In this document: one piece after another, positions 17,085-27,077 of the stretch
Layout of the letters: each line of letters opens with the position of its first letter
Numbering within the stretch: position 1 is the stretch's first letter
Notes under the pieces: model-generated
Database searches by the model: none
Seen by the model: the letters and a program-made list of their open reading frames with translations, nothing else
Told to the model about the DNA's origin: nothing
Program-made: the position numbers and the translations under genes
Source of the DNA: an uncultured Clostridiaceae bacterium
GTDB lineage: Bacteria; Bacillota; Clostridia; TANB77; CAG-508
Assembly (NCBI GenBank): GCA_947577025.1
Contig: CANPTO010000005.1
Location: forward strand, 31,048-95,047
Length of the DNA stretch: 64,000 nucleotides
Direction of reading: 5' to 3'

Positions 17085-19700
17085 TTAGACGATAAATTTC
17101 TTATCTTCATTAAGAAATATTGCATGTTTATCATCTGGAATAGTTCTGCTTTGTTCATATATATTCAATAATAATTTTTCATCCTCAGTAAGTTCTCTTT
17201 CAATACTTTTTAAAATATTATCAACTTCATCTATACTAGAAAATTCTTCTATATTTCCTTTTCTCACACTATATCCATAGCCACTACCTACTGATCTACC
17301 AAGCATATCATTTAAAAATCTAAAAATATTTTCTTTATTCAGAATGTTTTTTATATATTCTTTTCTCTCTTTTTTACTTTCTTTCGTTTCATGATAAATT
17401 CCCCATAAATTTTTCTCTATATAATACTTTTCATCTAATATATTTATATTATTATTAATTATATTTTCAACTAATTTTTTTCCTACTATGTTCAATCTAT
17501 CTAATTTTTGATCATATTCTTCTTTCAAATGATTTTTATTATTTTCTATCCAATACTTTAATTCCTTAATACAATATACCTTTGAATAATCATTTCCTAT
17601 TACCTCTAAAAATTCTTCAAATTCTTTTTGAGAGATTTCTATAATTATTTCAGACATAATTATATATATTCTTTGTAAAGCACTTAACCCTAAAAATAGC
17701 ATAGCATCATTATATTCTTTCAAATGTTTATACATAATTTTTAATAGTACAATCTTTTTATCTTTATTTATCTCACTTACATAATATTCTAGAGTTTCAA
17801 AAGTATACTTCTGTATCCAATTGGAATATAAGTTCATTAAATCTATGAATTTTTCTTCTACTACTTTCATATCATTGACACTATTAATTATTCTTATAAA
17901 TTCTTCTATATTTTTATTAATGTTTGTAAATTCATTATCACATTGTGAAAAATACAAATCGAAATATCTAGCATTAAATATTCTTTTACTTTTTACATTT
18001 GTCTTGTAGTCTCCATTATTGTTCTGTCCTATCATATAACTGCCATATTCTGGTTTTATAGATCTATCTTTTTTATAATTTTCTACATAAGGAAACATTA
18101 AAGATAGTATTTCTTCATACTCTTTGTGTTTTTTATTATTAATACTAAATAAATTATCAAAATATTCTTTTGCCTTATTATTAAATCCTCTTGTATCTAA
18201 AGTATATAATTCACTAAACATATGTGTATCTTCTGAAATAAAATATTGCTTATTTCGCCATATTTCTTCATATAATTCTATATCATTACCTTTTATTAAT
18301 TCCAATAGTAATGTATCTTGAAAATTCAAATAATTATTTAATTTATAATTAAAGCTGATTACAGAATTTAGATATATTTTTAGTTCTCTTAAATCGGTAA
18401 TATAACTCGCTAACAGACTTATGACTTTTTCGCATTCTTTTTCATAAGGATTCATTCCATATAAAGACATTAAATTTCTCATACATTTATTCACGATGTT
18501 ATACATAACAGATTCATGTACTTTTGGAATTTTTATTTCTAGTTGAATTATCTTCTTCAAATATTCATAATCAATATTTAAATCTTTTTCAAATATTTTT
18601 TTCATCCTTTCATCATCAAAAGATAATAAATAAATTGTATTATTAAAATTTAATATATTGTTTATTAGTTTAAATAGGAATATAATATTATTTTTATCTG
18701 CTCTTTCAATATTATCAATTATAAATAGTATTTTTTTGTTATTATTCTTTAGATATGCATTTATAATTTTCTTCAATTTATTGTTCTTATCGTAATCAGT
18801 ATAATATTTTCTTATAATATTATATGTGCTTTCATATTTTGTAACATTAAATATTGTATTCATATAAGTTCTTAAAAAATCACTTATATCTTTTATACTA
18901 AAATTAATTCCTATTTTATTCATAATGGAATCAAACATTCCTCTAAACATTGCTTTTTCATCTTCATAAGACCAAGGATCAAAGTCATCAATAACAATTA
19001 TATTTTTTTCCTTTTTTATAATCTTTTTTAAATTATTAATTATTGTGGTTTTACCACTTCCCCATTTTCCTTGTAATGCTAATACAAATTTTTCTCCATT
19101 GTAACAATGCGACACTAATTCATATAATTTATTAATGATATGTCCCCTTTCTAATAAATCATAATCTACCTCTTTTTCTTTTATAAGTATCAAATTATTG
19201 TTTTCTTTGTTTATATTTCCATCATATAAATCTTTTAAATCATATACATTAGTATCTATTTCTTTGTTTTTTATTTTATTAATTTTTCTCACTCGATTTA
19301 ATTCTAACATAGATAGTATAATTATTATTGTAGAACATATGATTATTTTTAATGACATTCCGCTACTATATATATAAATTACAATGTCATAACAAAATAG
19401 TGAAATTATTGAACTGACTAAAAAAGAATCTACATAATTTACTGTTTGCAATTTGTATAAATTCCAAGGTTTAAATTCAAATATTTTTATTAATATCAAT
19501 ACTACTGCAATACCATATAAGAATATAAATTCTTTTCTATCTATTAATTTTGTAAAAATATTTAAATAATCTATTATAAATATCATAAGTAACATTAATA
19601 ATGATTTTTTTAATATATCTGAACATGTATATAACTCATTAAATAATTGTTGATATTTAGTATTCATTGTATCTTTCAATTTCTGTTTTAATTTTCCCAT
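17085..19700 (-). CDS. Membrane-anchored KAP-family P-loop NTPase (Tmn-like)
   Basis: 871-aa ORF. About four N-terminal hydrophobic helices (residues ~30-135), KAP-type Walker A LQGKWGSGKTTIINNL, Walker B-like ILFIIDNIERAD. Confidence 0.8.
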   Translation of the reverse strand: MGKLKQKLKDTMNTKYQQLFNELYTCSDILKKSLLMLLMIFIIDYLNIFTKLIDRKEFIFLYGIAVVLILIKIFEFKPWNLYKLQTVNYVDSFLVSSIISLFCYDIVIYIYSSGMSLKIIICSTIIIILSMLELNRVRKINKIKNKEIDTNVYDLKDLYDGNINKENNNLILIKEKEVDYDLLERGHIINKLYELVSHCYNGEKFVLALQGKWGSGKTTIINNLKKIIKKEKNIIVIDDFDPWSYEDEKAMFRGMFDSIMNKIGINFSIKDISDFLRTYMNTIFNVTKYESTYNIIRKYYTDYDKNNKLKKIINAYLKNNNKKILFIIDNIERADKNNIIFLFKLINNILNFNNTIYLLSFDDERMKKIFEKDLNIDYEYLKKIIQLEIKIPKVHESVMYNIVNKCMRNLMSLYGMNPYEKECEKVISLLASYITDLRELKIYLNSVISFNYKLNNYLNFQDTLLLELIKGNDIELYEEIWRNKQYFISEDTHMFSELYTLDTRGFNNKAKEYFDNLFSINNKKHKEYEEILSLMFPYVENYKKDRSIKPEYGSYMIGQNNNGDYKTNVKSKRIFNARYFDLYFSQCDNEFTNINKNIEEFIRIINSVNDMKVVEEKFIDLMNLYSNWIQKYTFETLEYYVSEINKDKKIVLLKIMYKHLKEYNDAMLFLGLSALQRIYIIMSEIIIEISQKEFEEFLEVIGNDYSKVYCIKELKYWIENNKNHLKEEYDQKLDRLNIVGKKLVENIINNNINILDEKYYIEKNLWGIYHETKESKKERKEYIKNILNKENIFRFLNDMLGRSVGSGYGYSVRKGNIEEFSSIDEVDNILKSIERELTEDEKLLLNIYEQSRTIPDDKHAIFLNEDKKFIV

Positions 19701-19731
19701 TACAATTACTCCGTTTATTTTATTATATCTT

Positions 19732-21217
19732 CTATTTTACATTTAGTTTATATTTTCTATTCCTATTTGCACCTTCTGCTATAATCATTTCTTCTTTTGC
19801 CATTTTTGATAAAATTGCTCTGGTTCTTTGTGATGATAAATTTAATAATTCACTTGCTATATCTGTTGTTATAAATTCATTTTGTTTTAAATAGTTTAAA
19901 ATTTTATCGCTTGTTTTATCGCTTGTTTTATCGCTTGTTTTTATTTTATTTAAAATTTCATTTTCAAATCCATCATGCATAAATATTGTTGTAATAAAAT
20001 AATCTCTTGTTTCATTTGTTTCAAATAATGGTTCTTTTGAACCATTATTTTTTAATGCTCTTTTTATTTTTGGAACACCTGTATTTCTACCTTCTGTCAA
20101 TTTTAACTCTTTTAGAAATTCTCCAATTCTACGATTTCTATATTTTCTTGCTATCATATTTTTATCCTCAATTGATTTTTCGCTTATTGAACGATCTGGT
20201 CCTGGATAGCTTACAATATGAATTCTATTTTCCATTATTCTTACTTCTACTGGCTCTCTTACATCATATCCGCCTATGATAAACTGCATTTACTAATGCT
20301 TCTTCTATTGCCTGATATGGATAATTAAAAAATCTTACCGCTTCTGCTTGTCCATCTATCTTTAAAATCTTTTCTACAATAACAGTGTTTTTAATATATG
20401 TTAAAGCACTCTTTATCATACTATCTATTGGTCCTTTAAATATTTGCTCTGTCATATCATCGCCTTCTGGACCATTTCTTAAATCTACCACTTCTATTTG
20501 TGAATATGGGAAAAATTTTTGTGGTTCATCATTAAAGAACATTAAACCAACATTTAGTGGTTTCATATATTCTGGTGTTCCATCTACTATTCTCATACTT
20601 TTGCATAAATCCATAAAATCCATTGTTTCAGATTCTTTTAGTAAGTCACTTTTGATTTCATATAGATAATTTTGAATTAGTGGCAATTTTAAATCTCTAA
20701 TTTCTGCTTCATGATTCATTCTATCATCAAAAGGTATTGTTCTTGCCATATCATATAGTTCTGTTTGTTCTGTTTCTGTTGCTTTTACTGTACTTGACAT
20801 TTTCCTTATATAATATGAATAACCTTTTGAAAAGTCTTTATCTAATGTTGTTGGACATTTATATGGTCTTGTCTGTCCTCCAAAACACCATACTACTAAT
20901 ATATTTTTTCCTTTATATTGTGCAACATCTACTATTGGTGTATATGATGGTTGAATTAGCTTACATTTTGCTAATAATTCCTTTTGAATTTTATCTATTT
21001 CAGATAATTCAAGTCCTGTTATTGGCATTTTAGGTCTACCATTTTCTTCTTCAATACCAATTAAGATATATCCTCCACCCCAGTTATCTATATCGTTTGC
21101 AAATGCACAGATTGTATGTAATATTGGCTCTGGATTCCAACTTTTCTTTAATTCTAATCTTGCATTTTCTACAATGTTCTCATTTAGTATATTTTCTATA
21201 CTTGTAGGTAATTTCAT
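19732..21217 (-). pseudogene. AlbA_2 (Schlafen-like) / HATPase_c_4 / wHTH ATP-binding protein, split by a frameshift near 20272
   Basis: ORF 20264-21217 ends ...EEALVNAVYHRRI*. ORF 19732-20289 continues in another frame with ...YDVREPVEVRIMENRIHIVSYPGP. Together they form the usual single protein. Confidence 0.75.
19903..19940. repeat. 12-nt tandem repeat x3 (encodes KTSD-KTSD-KTSD)
   Basis: TTTATCGCTTGT repeated three times inside the AlbA_2 gene C-terminal part. Confidence 0.85.
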
Positions 21218-21241
21218 TTTTTCACCTCTTTATTTTTAACT

Positions 21242-22129
21242 TTATTCAAATTGGTTTGCTAACTGGTCTATTGTTATTCCCTCTCCTGTATAACTCCAAT
21301 CTATTTTTATATTATCAAATTCTTCATTTCTAAAATTGTTTAACCTTTCATAATCTACTTTTTCCATTTCAAATTCTAATGATTCTAAATTTTCATTTAT
21401 TCTTCTAATATTAGTACATTTTATTATTGGTTTTATTCCTTTTTCTTTTATAATCCAATTAAGAATAACTTGATTTTGAGTCTTATTGTATTTTTCTGAT
21501 AATTCTAATAATAATGGATAGTTTCTCTTTGCTGTTCTATTTCTTCTTAATGCTTGATATGCAATAAAAGTAATATCATTTTCTTTGCAATAATCTAAAA
21601 TCCCTATATTCTCATTAATTTTACATTCTAAATTGTATACTCCCTCAAAAAAGTCTATTTTTACTTTTTCATTTACTTCTTTCAATTGCTCTAGATTACA
21701 GTTACTTATTCCTAAACACCTAACTTTTCCTGTATTAACTAACCTTTTCATTTCATTATATGTGTCTATTAATGGTAATTTTGTAGCTTTTGGAGTATGC
21801 AATTGTAAATTATCTACATATTTTATATTTAGTATTTCCAAATATTCATTCAACTGTTTTTCTATATCTTCGAATTTTTCTATTGTTGGCTCTATATTAA
21901 CATTTATAAAAACTTTATCTCTAGCCATTGAATTAACATAATTCTTTAAACTTCTTACAACTGCACCACCATTATATAGCATATATAATGATAAGTAGTT
22001 TTGTCCTTTTTCATAAGAATATCTTAATCCTTTTATATCATTTTCTATATTTTCATAATCAATTTTCCATGTTCCTATTCCAATAGGAAATATATCATTT
22101 TTATTTAGCATGGTTTCCTCCTTATTCAA
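21242..22129 (-). CDS. Aldo/keto reductase
   Basis: 295-aa ORF. Overall AKR pattern (GIGTW..., LQLHTP, GISNC, AYQAL). Confidence 0.8.
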   Translation of the reverse strand: MNKEETMLNKNDIFPIGIGTWKIDYENIENDIKGLRYSYEKGQNYLSLYMLYNGGAVVRSLKNYVNSMARDKVFINVNIEPTIEKFEDIEKQLNEYLEILNIKYVDNLQLHTPKATKLPLIDTYNEMKRLVNTGKVRCLGISNCNLEQLKEVNEKVKIDFFEGVYNLECKINENIGILDYCKENDITFIAYQALRRNRTAKRNYPLLLELSEKYNKTQNQVILNWIIKEKGIKPIIKCTNIRRINENLESLEFEMEKVDYERLNNFRNEEFDNIKIDWSYTGEGITIDQLANQFE

Positions 22130-22134
22130 TGTTT

Positions 22135-23511
22135 TTAATAATCTTTATTATACTTTATCAAAGTTTCTTTTAGCCAATTATAAACTCTTATAGTTGATGA
22201 GATACTAACTCGTTCATTTACACTATGGCAATTATCAATTGTTGGAGCAATCGTACAAATATCTAAATTATCTATATTACTTGATATTATTCCACCTTCC
22301 ATACAAGCATGAATTTTTTTAACAGTTGTTTCTCTATTATATAATTCTTTATATGTATTTGCTAGTAATTCTCTTATATATGACTTTTCTTTATATGGAA
22401 AGAAAGGTTTTTTTACATCTAAATTAAACATCAAATTGTACTTATTACACAATCCTTTTATTCTATCTAGTTGCTTTTCTTCTTTATACTCATCAGAACT
22501 TCTTACACTCATTTTAATAATAATCTTATTATCAAGTATATTTATTTTTCCAATATTAGAAGATAATAAAGGAAAATTATCTTCTTTAAATCTTTCTATT
22601 AATCCATCATCTAACTCATTTATAAAATTAATTATTTCATTATAATTGCTTATTTTTTTTAAATTTTGATTACATTGTACTACACTCAACTTTAAATTAT
22701 TATCATCTCTTGATAAATTATAAGATAAGCCTTTTAGTGTTTCATTTATCTTATCTAAATCAAAATTACTACTAAAAACTATAACACCATTATTAGGTAT
22801 TACATTATCTTTTTCACCAATATCGACATGATATAATCCTGTACATTTTAGTTTAGAAATGATATTAAACCCTAATTTAACTGCATTACATCTATCTTTA
22901 TGTATATCATCTCCAGAATGTCCTCCCATCAATCCTGATATGTTCAATTTGTACTTAATATCATTACTTTCTTCATTCAATATTTCTTTACTTATAGTAA
23001 TCGAACACATCCCTGCACTAGAAGATTCTATATCGGCTTCCTTTATACCATCTAAACTAATTAAAGTTTTCCCATTAAGTAAGCTATAATCAAAATTACT
23101 AGCACCTAACATTGTTGTTTCTTCTTGAGTTGTTATCATTACCTCAATATTAGGCATATTTTCATTTTCTTGTAAAATAGCAAGAATAATTGCAATTCCA
23201 ATACCATCATCTGCACCCAAAGATGTATTTTTAGATTTATAATAATCTCCATCTTTATAAAAAGGTATTCCTCTATTTTCAAAATCATATTCATCATTTG
23301 ATACACATACCATGTCTGAATGTGCTTGCAATATTATAGTCTTATTTGAGTTATTATTTTTCTTTAAAAATACAGTATTATATTTTCCTAAACTATATTC
23401 TATATTATTCTTTTTAGCATAGTTGACAAGATATTCAGCAATTTTCTCTTCTTTTCCTGATTCTCTTGGAATTTTCATTATATCTTCAAAATATTCTAAT
23501 GTATTCTTCAT
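22135..23511 (-). CDS. pepD: Aminoacyl-histidine dipeptidase (M20C, PepD-like)
   Basis: 458-aa ORF. N-terminus FEDIMKIPRESGKEEKIAEYL, HSDMV, GADDGIGIA, TTQEETTMLGA. Confidence 0.8.
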   Translation of the reverse strand: MKNTLEYFEDIMKIPRESGKEEKIAEYLVNYAKKNNIEYSLGKYNTVFLKKNNNSNKTIILQAHSDMVCVSNDEYDFENRGIPFYKDGDYYKSKNTSLGADDGIGIAIILAILQENENMPNIEVMITTQEETTMLGASNFDYSLLNGKTLISLDGIKEADIESSSAGMCSITISKEILNEESNDIKYKLNISGLMGGHSGDDIHKDRCNAVKLGFNIISKLKCTGLYHVDIGEKDNVIPNNGVIVFSSNFDLDKINETLKGLSYNLSRDDNNLKLSVVQCNQNLKKISNYNEIINFINELDDGLIERFKEDNFPLLSSNIGKINILDNKIIIKMSVRSSDEYKEEKQLDRIKGLCNKYNLMFNLDVKKPFFPYKEKSYIRELLANTYKELYNRETTVKKIHACMEGGIISSNIDNLDICTIAPTIDNCHSVNERVSISSTIRVYNWLKETLIKYNKDY

Positions 23512-23589
23512 TTTTCCTCCACTATATTCTTGTTTTACCTATATTATCATAAAAAAGCAAAAAAAGAAAGCCTTTTACCAAAGACTTCC

Positions 23590-23813
23590 AATTTAAGTTT
23601 TATCTCCAAACATTCATTTATTTTTCATTATTAAATTATACTGCTCCGCACACCATCTCAACTTCTATCGTTACCTTAATTTTATTATTTTCAACTCTTT
23701 TAACCTTATTTTTGCCTTTTCTCTCAAAACTAATAAAATCCTCAAAAGCAGTAAATTCAACTATCGTATCAAATCTTTTAGATATAGCACCGAGCAACAT
23801 TCCACATGTGTGG
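23590..23813 (-). repeat. Recombinase 'tail' copy R (detached; no recombinase body upstream)
   Basis: Direct repeat of 2895-3113. Homology ends at TAGCAC-N8-ATTCCACATG (23785-23808). Confidence 0.85.
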
Positions 23814-23833
23814 TAAATATAGATATATCTATT

Positions 23834-24292
23834 CTAAAATTCTATTGTATCTCTTTTACTTTTCCATTTATCATAGAATTCTTGATATTTTTGCTTGTTT
23901 TTAGTATCCCCTATATTATCGTAAAATTCAACTAACCTATCATAACCAAAATCTGTAATTAATATATGTTTATTTTCTTCTGCTAAATCTATTACTTCTG
24001 CTAATTTATTAATATCTGGTTTATCATACATATACCAATTTTGCATACACATATATGCTTCATCTTCATCAGGATTATTTTTTATAAATTCTAGTATTAA
24101 TTTTCTAGCTTTATTTTCATTGCCAATATCAAAATAACAGTTTGCTAATTCTATTTTGTTTCTATTTTCAAAGTCATCTTCTAATTTTAAGTTTTCCTCT
24201 ATCAGATTAATAACTTCAATTTCTTTTTTCGAAATATCTTTATCGATATTTCTGTAAAAATTTAATACTGATATATAATCTTCTATTAGCAT
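23834..24292 (-). CDS. Hypothetical protein (helical, possibly TPR-like), possibly 5'-truncated
   Basis: 152-aa ORF. The frame stays open for ~40 further codons upstream without a start codon. Confidence 0.4.
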   Translation of the reverse strand: MLIEDYISVLNFYRNIDKDISKKEIEVINLIEENLKLEDDFENRNKIELANCYFDIGNENKARKLILEFIKNNPDEDEAYMCMQNWYMYDKPDINKLAEVIDLAEENKHILITDFGYDRLVEFYDNIGDTKNKQKYQEFYDKWKSKRDTIEF

Positions 24293-24521
24293 ATATGCTG
24301 TATTTACTGCTTTAAAATGTTTTTTATCAATTATTTCAATGTCTTTAATTTTTTCTTGTTTTGCTATTTCTATAATTAAATTTAAAATTTCTTCATAATA
24401 TTCAATTACTTTTTTATCCTAATTATTTAAGCTCTGTTTCTCTCTAAATCTGAAGCAAGAAGTTGTTTTCATAGTAATACTGTCTATCTTTTGATTAAGT
24501 TCTATTATTTTTTCTACTTTA

Positions 24522-25799
24522 TTATTTTTCATCATTTTCGTCAAATACATCTCCACAATTTGCACAGAATTTTGGCTTAGCTGTTTTGTCTTTTGGTTCC
24601 CAACCACATTTATCACATTTGTATGTTGCTGGCTTTTTGCTTCCACATTCTGTACAGAATTTTCCTGAATTTTTTACTCCACATTTACATGTCCATTCTT
24701 TTAAATCTTGTTGCTTACTTTCTACTTTTTGCTCTTCTTTTGAAGATACAAGAGCTTCCACATCATTTGTATTTTTGGTTTCATTTGATTCTTGCTCCAT
24801 TGCAAATAGAGTATTTGCATCTATTCCACCTGCTTTACTTGCCATATTCATTCCTGCAAATGCAAACATTGGACCTGTAGCTGTATTTGATGCTGCATTT
24901 TTCATTGCTTCTGCTTGTGCTTCTACTAGTGTTGCTGCTGCCATTTTTGGGTTTCCTATAACTGCTCTTCTTTGAAGTTCTTTTATCATTTCTTCATCTT
25001 CTTCTGATGCATTTACTGAATTAACTCCTATTGAAACAATTTCTATTCCTCTTGTTTCTTGCCATTTACGTGATAATACTTCATTTAATGCTTCTGCAAA
25101 TTCCATTGTATGTCCTGGAAGACTACTGTACCTTATTCCCATCTCTGATACTTTTGCAAATGCTGGTTGGAGTGCTGTTAAAAGTTCTGTTTTTAATTGG
25201 CTCTCTATTGTTTCTTTTATATATTTATCTTGTACATTTCCACATACATTAGTATAAAATAACATTGGATCTGCTATTTTGTATGAGTATTCTCCATTAC
25301 AACGAATAGCTATATCTACATCTAAACCTATATTTTTGTCTACCACCCTAAAAGGTACTGGGTTTGGTGTTCCATATTTATTTCCAACTATTTCTTTTGT
25401 GTTAAAATAGTATATTCTTTGGTCATTTGCAGCTCCACCTCCAGTTGTAAAACGTTTGCCCATTGTTTTAAATGTATTTACTATTCCTTTTCCTAAGCCT
25501 CCTACAAAAATACTTGGCTCTGTTTCGTTATTATATATATATTCCCCTGCTTCAGCACAAATGTCTACTACTTTTCCTTGTTCTACAATTATCATACATT
25601 GTCCTTCATTTACTGCAATGACTGAACCATTTGAAATTATATTGTCTGTTCCTTTTGTATTAGAGCTTCCTTCTGTTATTCTCTTTTTTCCTTTTACTAC
25701 TAAAACGTTTGCTTCTAAGCTATCACAATAAAAGTACTCCTTCCATTGGTCTGCTAAAGTGGTTCTTGTAGCTTCACTACCTGCCTTTATTAATCCCAT
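24522..25799 (-). CDS. SPFH-domain (YdjI-like) protein with two C-terminal zinc ribbons
   Basis: 425-aa ORF. N-terminus MGLIKAG...LADQWKEYFYCDSL typical of YdjI-like SPFH proteins. C-terminus CKCG...CTECG and CDKCG...CANCG. Confidence 0.65.
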   Translation of the reverse strand: MGLIKAGSEATRTTLADQWKEYFYCDSLEANVLVVKGKKRITEGSSNTKGTDNIISNGSVIAVNEGQCMIIVEQGKVVDICAEAGEYIYNNETEPSIFVGGLGKGIVNTFKTMGKRFTTGGGAANDQRIYYFNTKEIVGNKYGTPNPVPFRVVDKNIGLDVDIAIRCNGEYSYKIADPMLFYTNVCGNVQDKYIKETIESQLKTELLTALQPAFAKVSEMGIRYSSLPGHTMEFAEALNEVLSRKWQETRGIEIVSIGVNSVNASEEDEEMIKELQRRAVIGNPKMAAATLVEAQAEAMKNAASNTATGPMFAFAGMNMASKAGGIDANTLFAMEQESNETKNTNDVEALVSSKEEQKVESKQQDLKEWTCKCGVKNSGKFCTECGSKKPATYKCDKCGWEPKDKTAKPKFCANCGDVFDENDEK

Positions 25800-25873
25800 A
25801 TTATCTCTTCCTTTCGTGTTTATTTAATTATATAATAACAAAGATATTTAAAATAATCAACTAGCTATTTAAT

Positions 25874-26428
25874 TTACCTTTCTAATTCTTCTTCCATATA
25901 TCTATCTTTTAGTAAACATTTTTTTAATGTATTCCATTCTTTGCATATTTTATCTCTTCTTTGTATGTATTTATTTGAGCGATTTTTTTCATTAATTTCT
26001 ATTAATCTATTATTTTCTATTGAGTCTGTGAAGCCTAAATCTATAAACTTTTTTTCCTTTATATCATAAAATAATGCTTCTATATTATACTCTATTCCAT
26101 CTATTAAATTATTTACATCCCAAATGTCAATTTCTTTGCCATTATATAATATTTTATATCCATTAAAATTATTTATTTTATATTCCAAATTATTTTTCCT
26201 TATATTTTCTAATATATTTTCTTTATTACCGTTTAATACAATTATGTCTAAATCTTTAGTAGATCTATCTAGTAATATATTCCTTAAAAAACCTCCTATT
26301 ATATAAGGCTTGCCTTCTATATTAAATTTACTAAATACATCAAAATATTCATTAAACGCTTCTTCTACATCTTTCACTATTTCTATTAGTTTTGTTTTTA
26401 TGTTATTATTTTGCATAAACTTCTCCAA
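25874..26428 (-). CDS. Small Pol-beta-superfamily nucleotidyltransferase (CCA/poly(A)-polymerase head-domain-like only)
   Basis: 184-aa ORF. IIGGFLRNILLDRSTKDLDIIV matches the GG-x-VRD...DxD head-domain pattern. No body/tail domains. Confidence 0.5.
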   Translation of the reverse strand: MEKFMQNNNIKTKLIEIVKDVEEAFNEYFDVFSKFNIEGKPYIIGGFLRNILLDRSTKDLDIIVLNGNKENILENIRKNNLEYKINNFNGYKILYNGKEIDIWDVNNLIDGIEYNIEALFYDIKEKKFIDLGFTDSIENNRLIEINEKNRSNKYIQRRDKICKEWNTLKKCLLKDRYMEEELER

Positions 26429-26561
26429 ATCTATAATTTTTAAAATATTATTCTACATACTTAATAAATTCATATCTGGTATGATTTCTATTTCCATATT
26501 TTTCTCTTTCATATTTTTCATTATTTAATTTATAACATAATTTAATAATTTGCTTGTCATT

Positions 26562-27059
26562 TTAATTAAAATACTGGCTAGTTTCTTCTAACTTATCAAA
26601 CTGGTTTTGCTTTAACACTTCATATACCACAATTGCTACTGAATTTGATAAATTTAGGCTTCTTAATGTTGAAATCATTGGTATTCTTATTGTTTTTTCT
26701 ATGTATTTTTGCAAAATATCTTCTGGAAGACCTTTCGTTTCTTTTCCAAATAGTAAGAATACTTCATCTAAATTAGAATAATTTGCATCTGAATAACAGG
26801 TTTGACCTTTTGTTGTTACAAAAAACATGTTATTTTCTTCTGGTTTATATTTTTCTAAAAAGGCTTCAAAAGATTTGTGGTTTTCTATTTCTAGTTTGTC
26901 CCAGTAATCTAAACCTGCTCTTTTTAAGGTTTTATCTGTTATTTCAAAACCTAATGGTTCTACTAAATGTAATTTTGCTCCTGTGGCTGCACATGTTCTT
27001 GCTATATTCCCTGTATTTTGTGGTATTTCTGGTTCTACCATAACTATGTTTATTTTCAT
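26562..27059 (-). CDS. trmL: tRNA (cytidine/uridine-2'-O)-methyltransferase TrmL (SpoU family)
   Basis: 165-aa ORF. MKINIVMVEPEIPQNTGNIARTCAATGAKLHLVEPLGF...KRAGLDYW is the canonical TrmL N-terminus. Confidence 0.9.
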   Translation of the reverse strand: MKINIVMVEPEIPQNTGNIARTCAATGAKLHLVEPLGFEITDKTLKRAGLDYWDKLEIENHKSFEAFLEKYKPEENNMFFVTTKGQTCYSDANYSNLDEVFLLFGKETKGLPEDILQKYIEKTIRIPMISTLRSLNLSNSVAIVVYEVLKQNQFDKLEETSQYFN

Positions 27060-27077
27060 TTTTTCTTTACCTTTCTA

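Larger units (their letters stand above)
16125..23808 (-). mobile_element. Putative degenerate serine-recombinase island 2
   Basis: Recombinase remnant plus backbone module at the left end, detached recombinase tail at the right end. Circular joining of 23808 to 16125 would reconstitute body+tail. Confidence 0.5.

Noticed and set aside
24419-24975. ORFs 24419-24646 (-), 24586-24975 (+) and 24593-24880 (+).
   Set aside because: They overlap the zinc-ribbon C-terminus of the SPFH gene in other frames or on the other strand, and have no start context.
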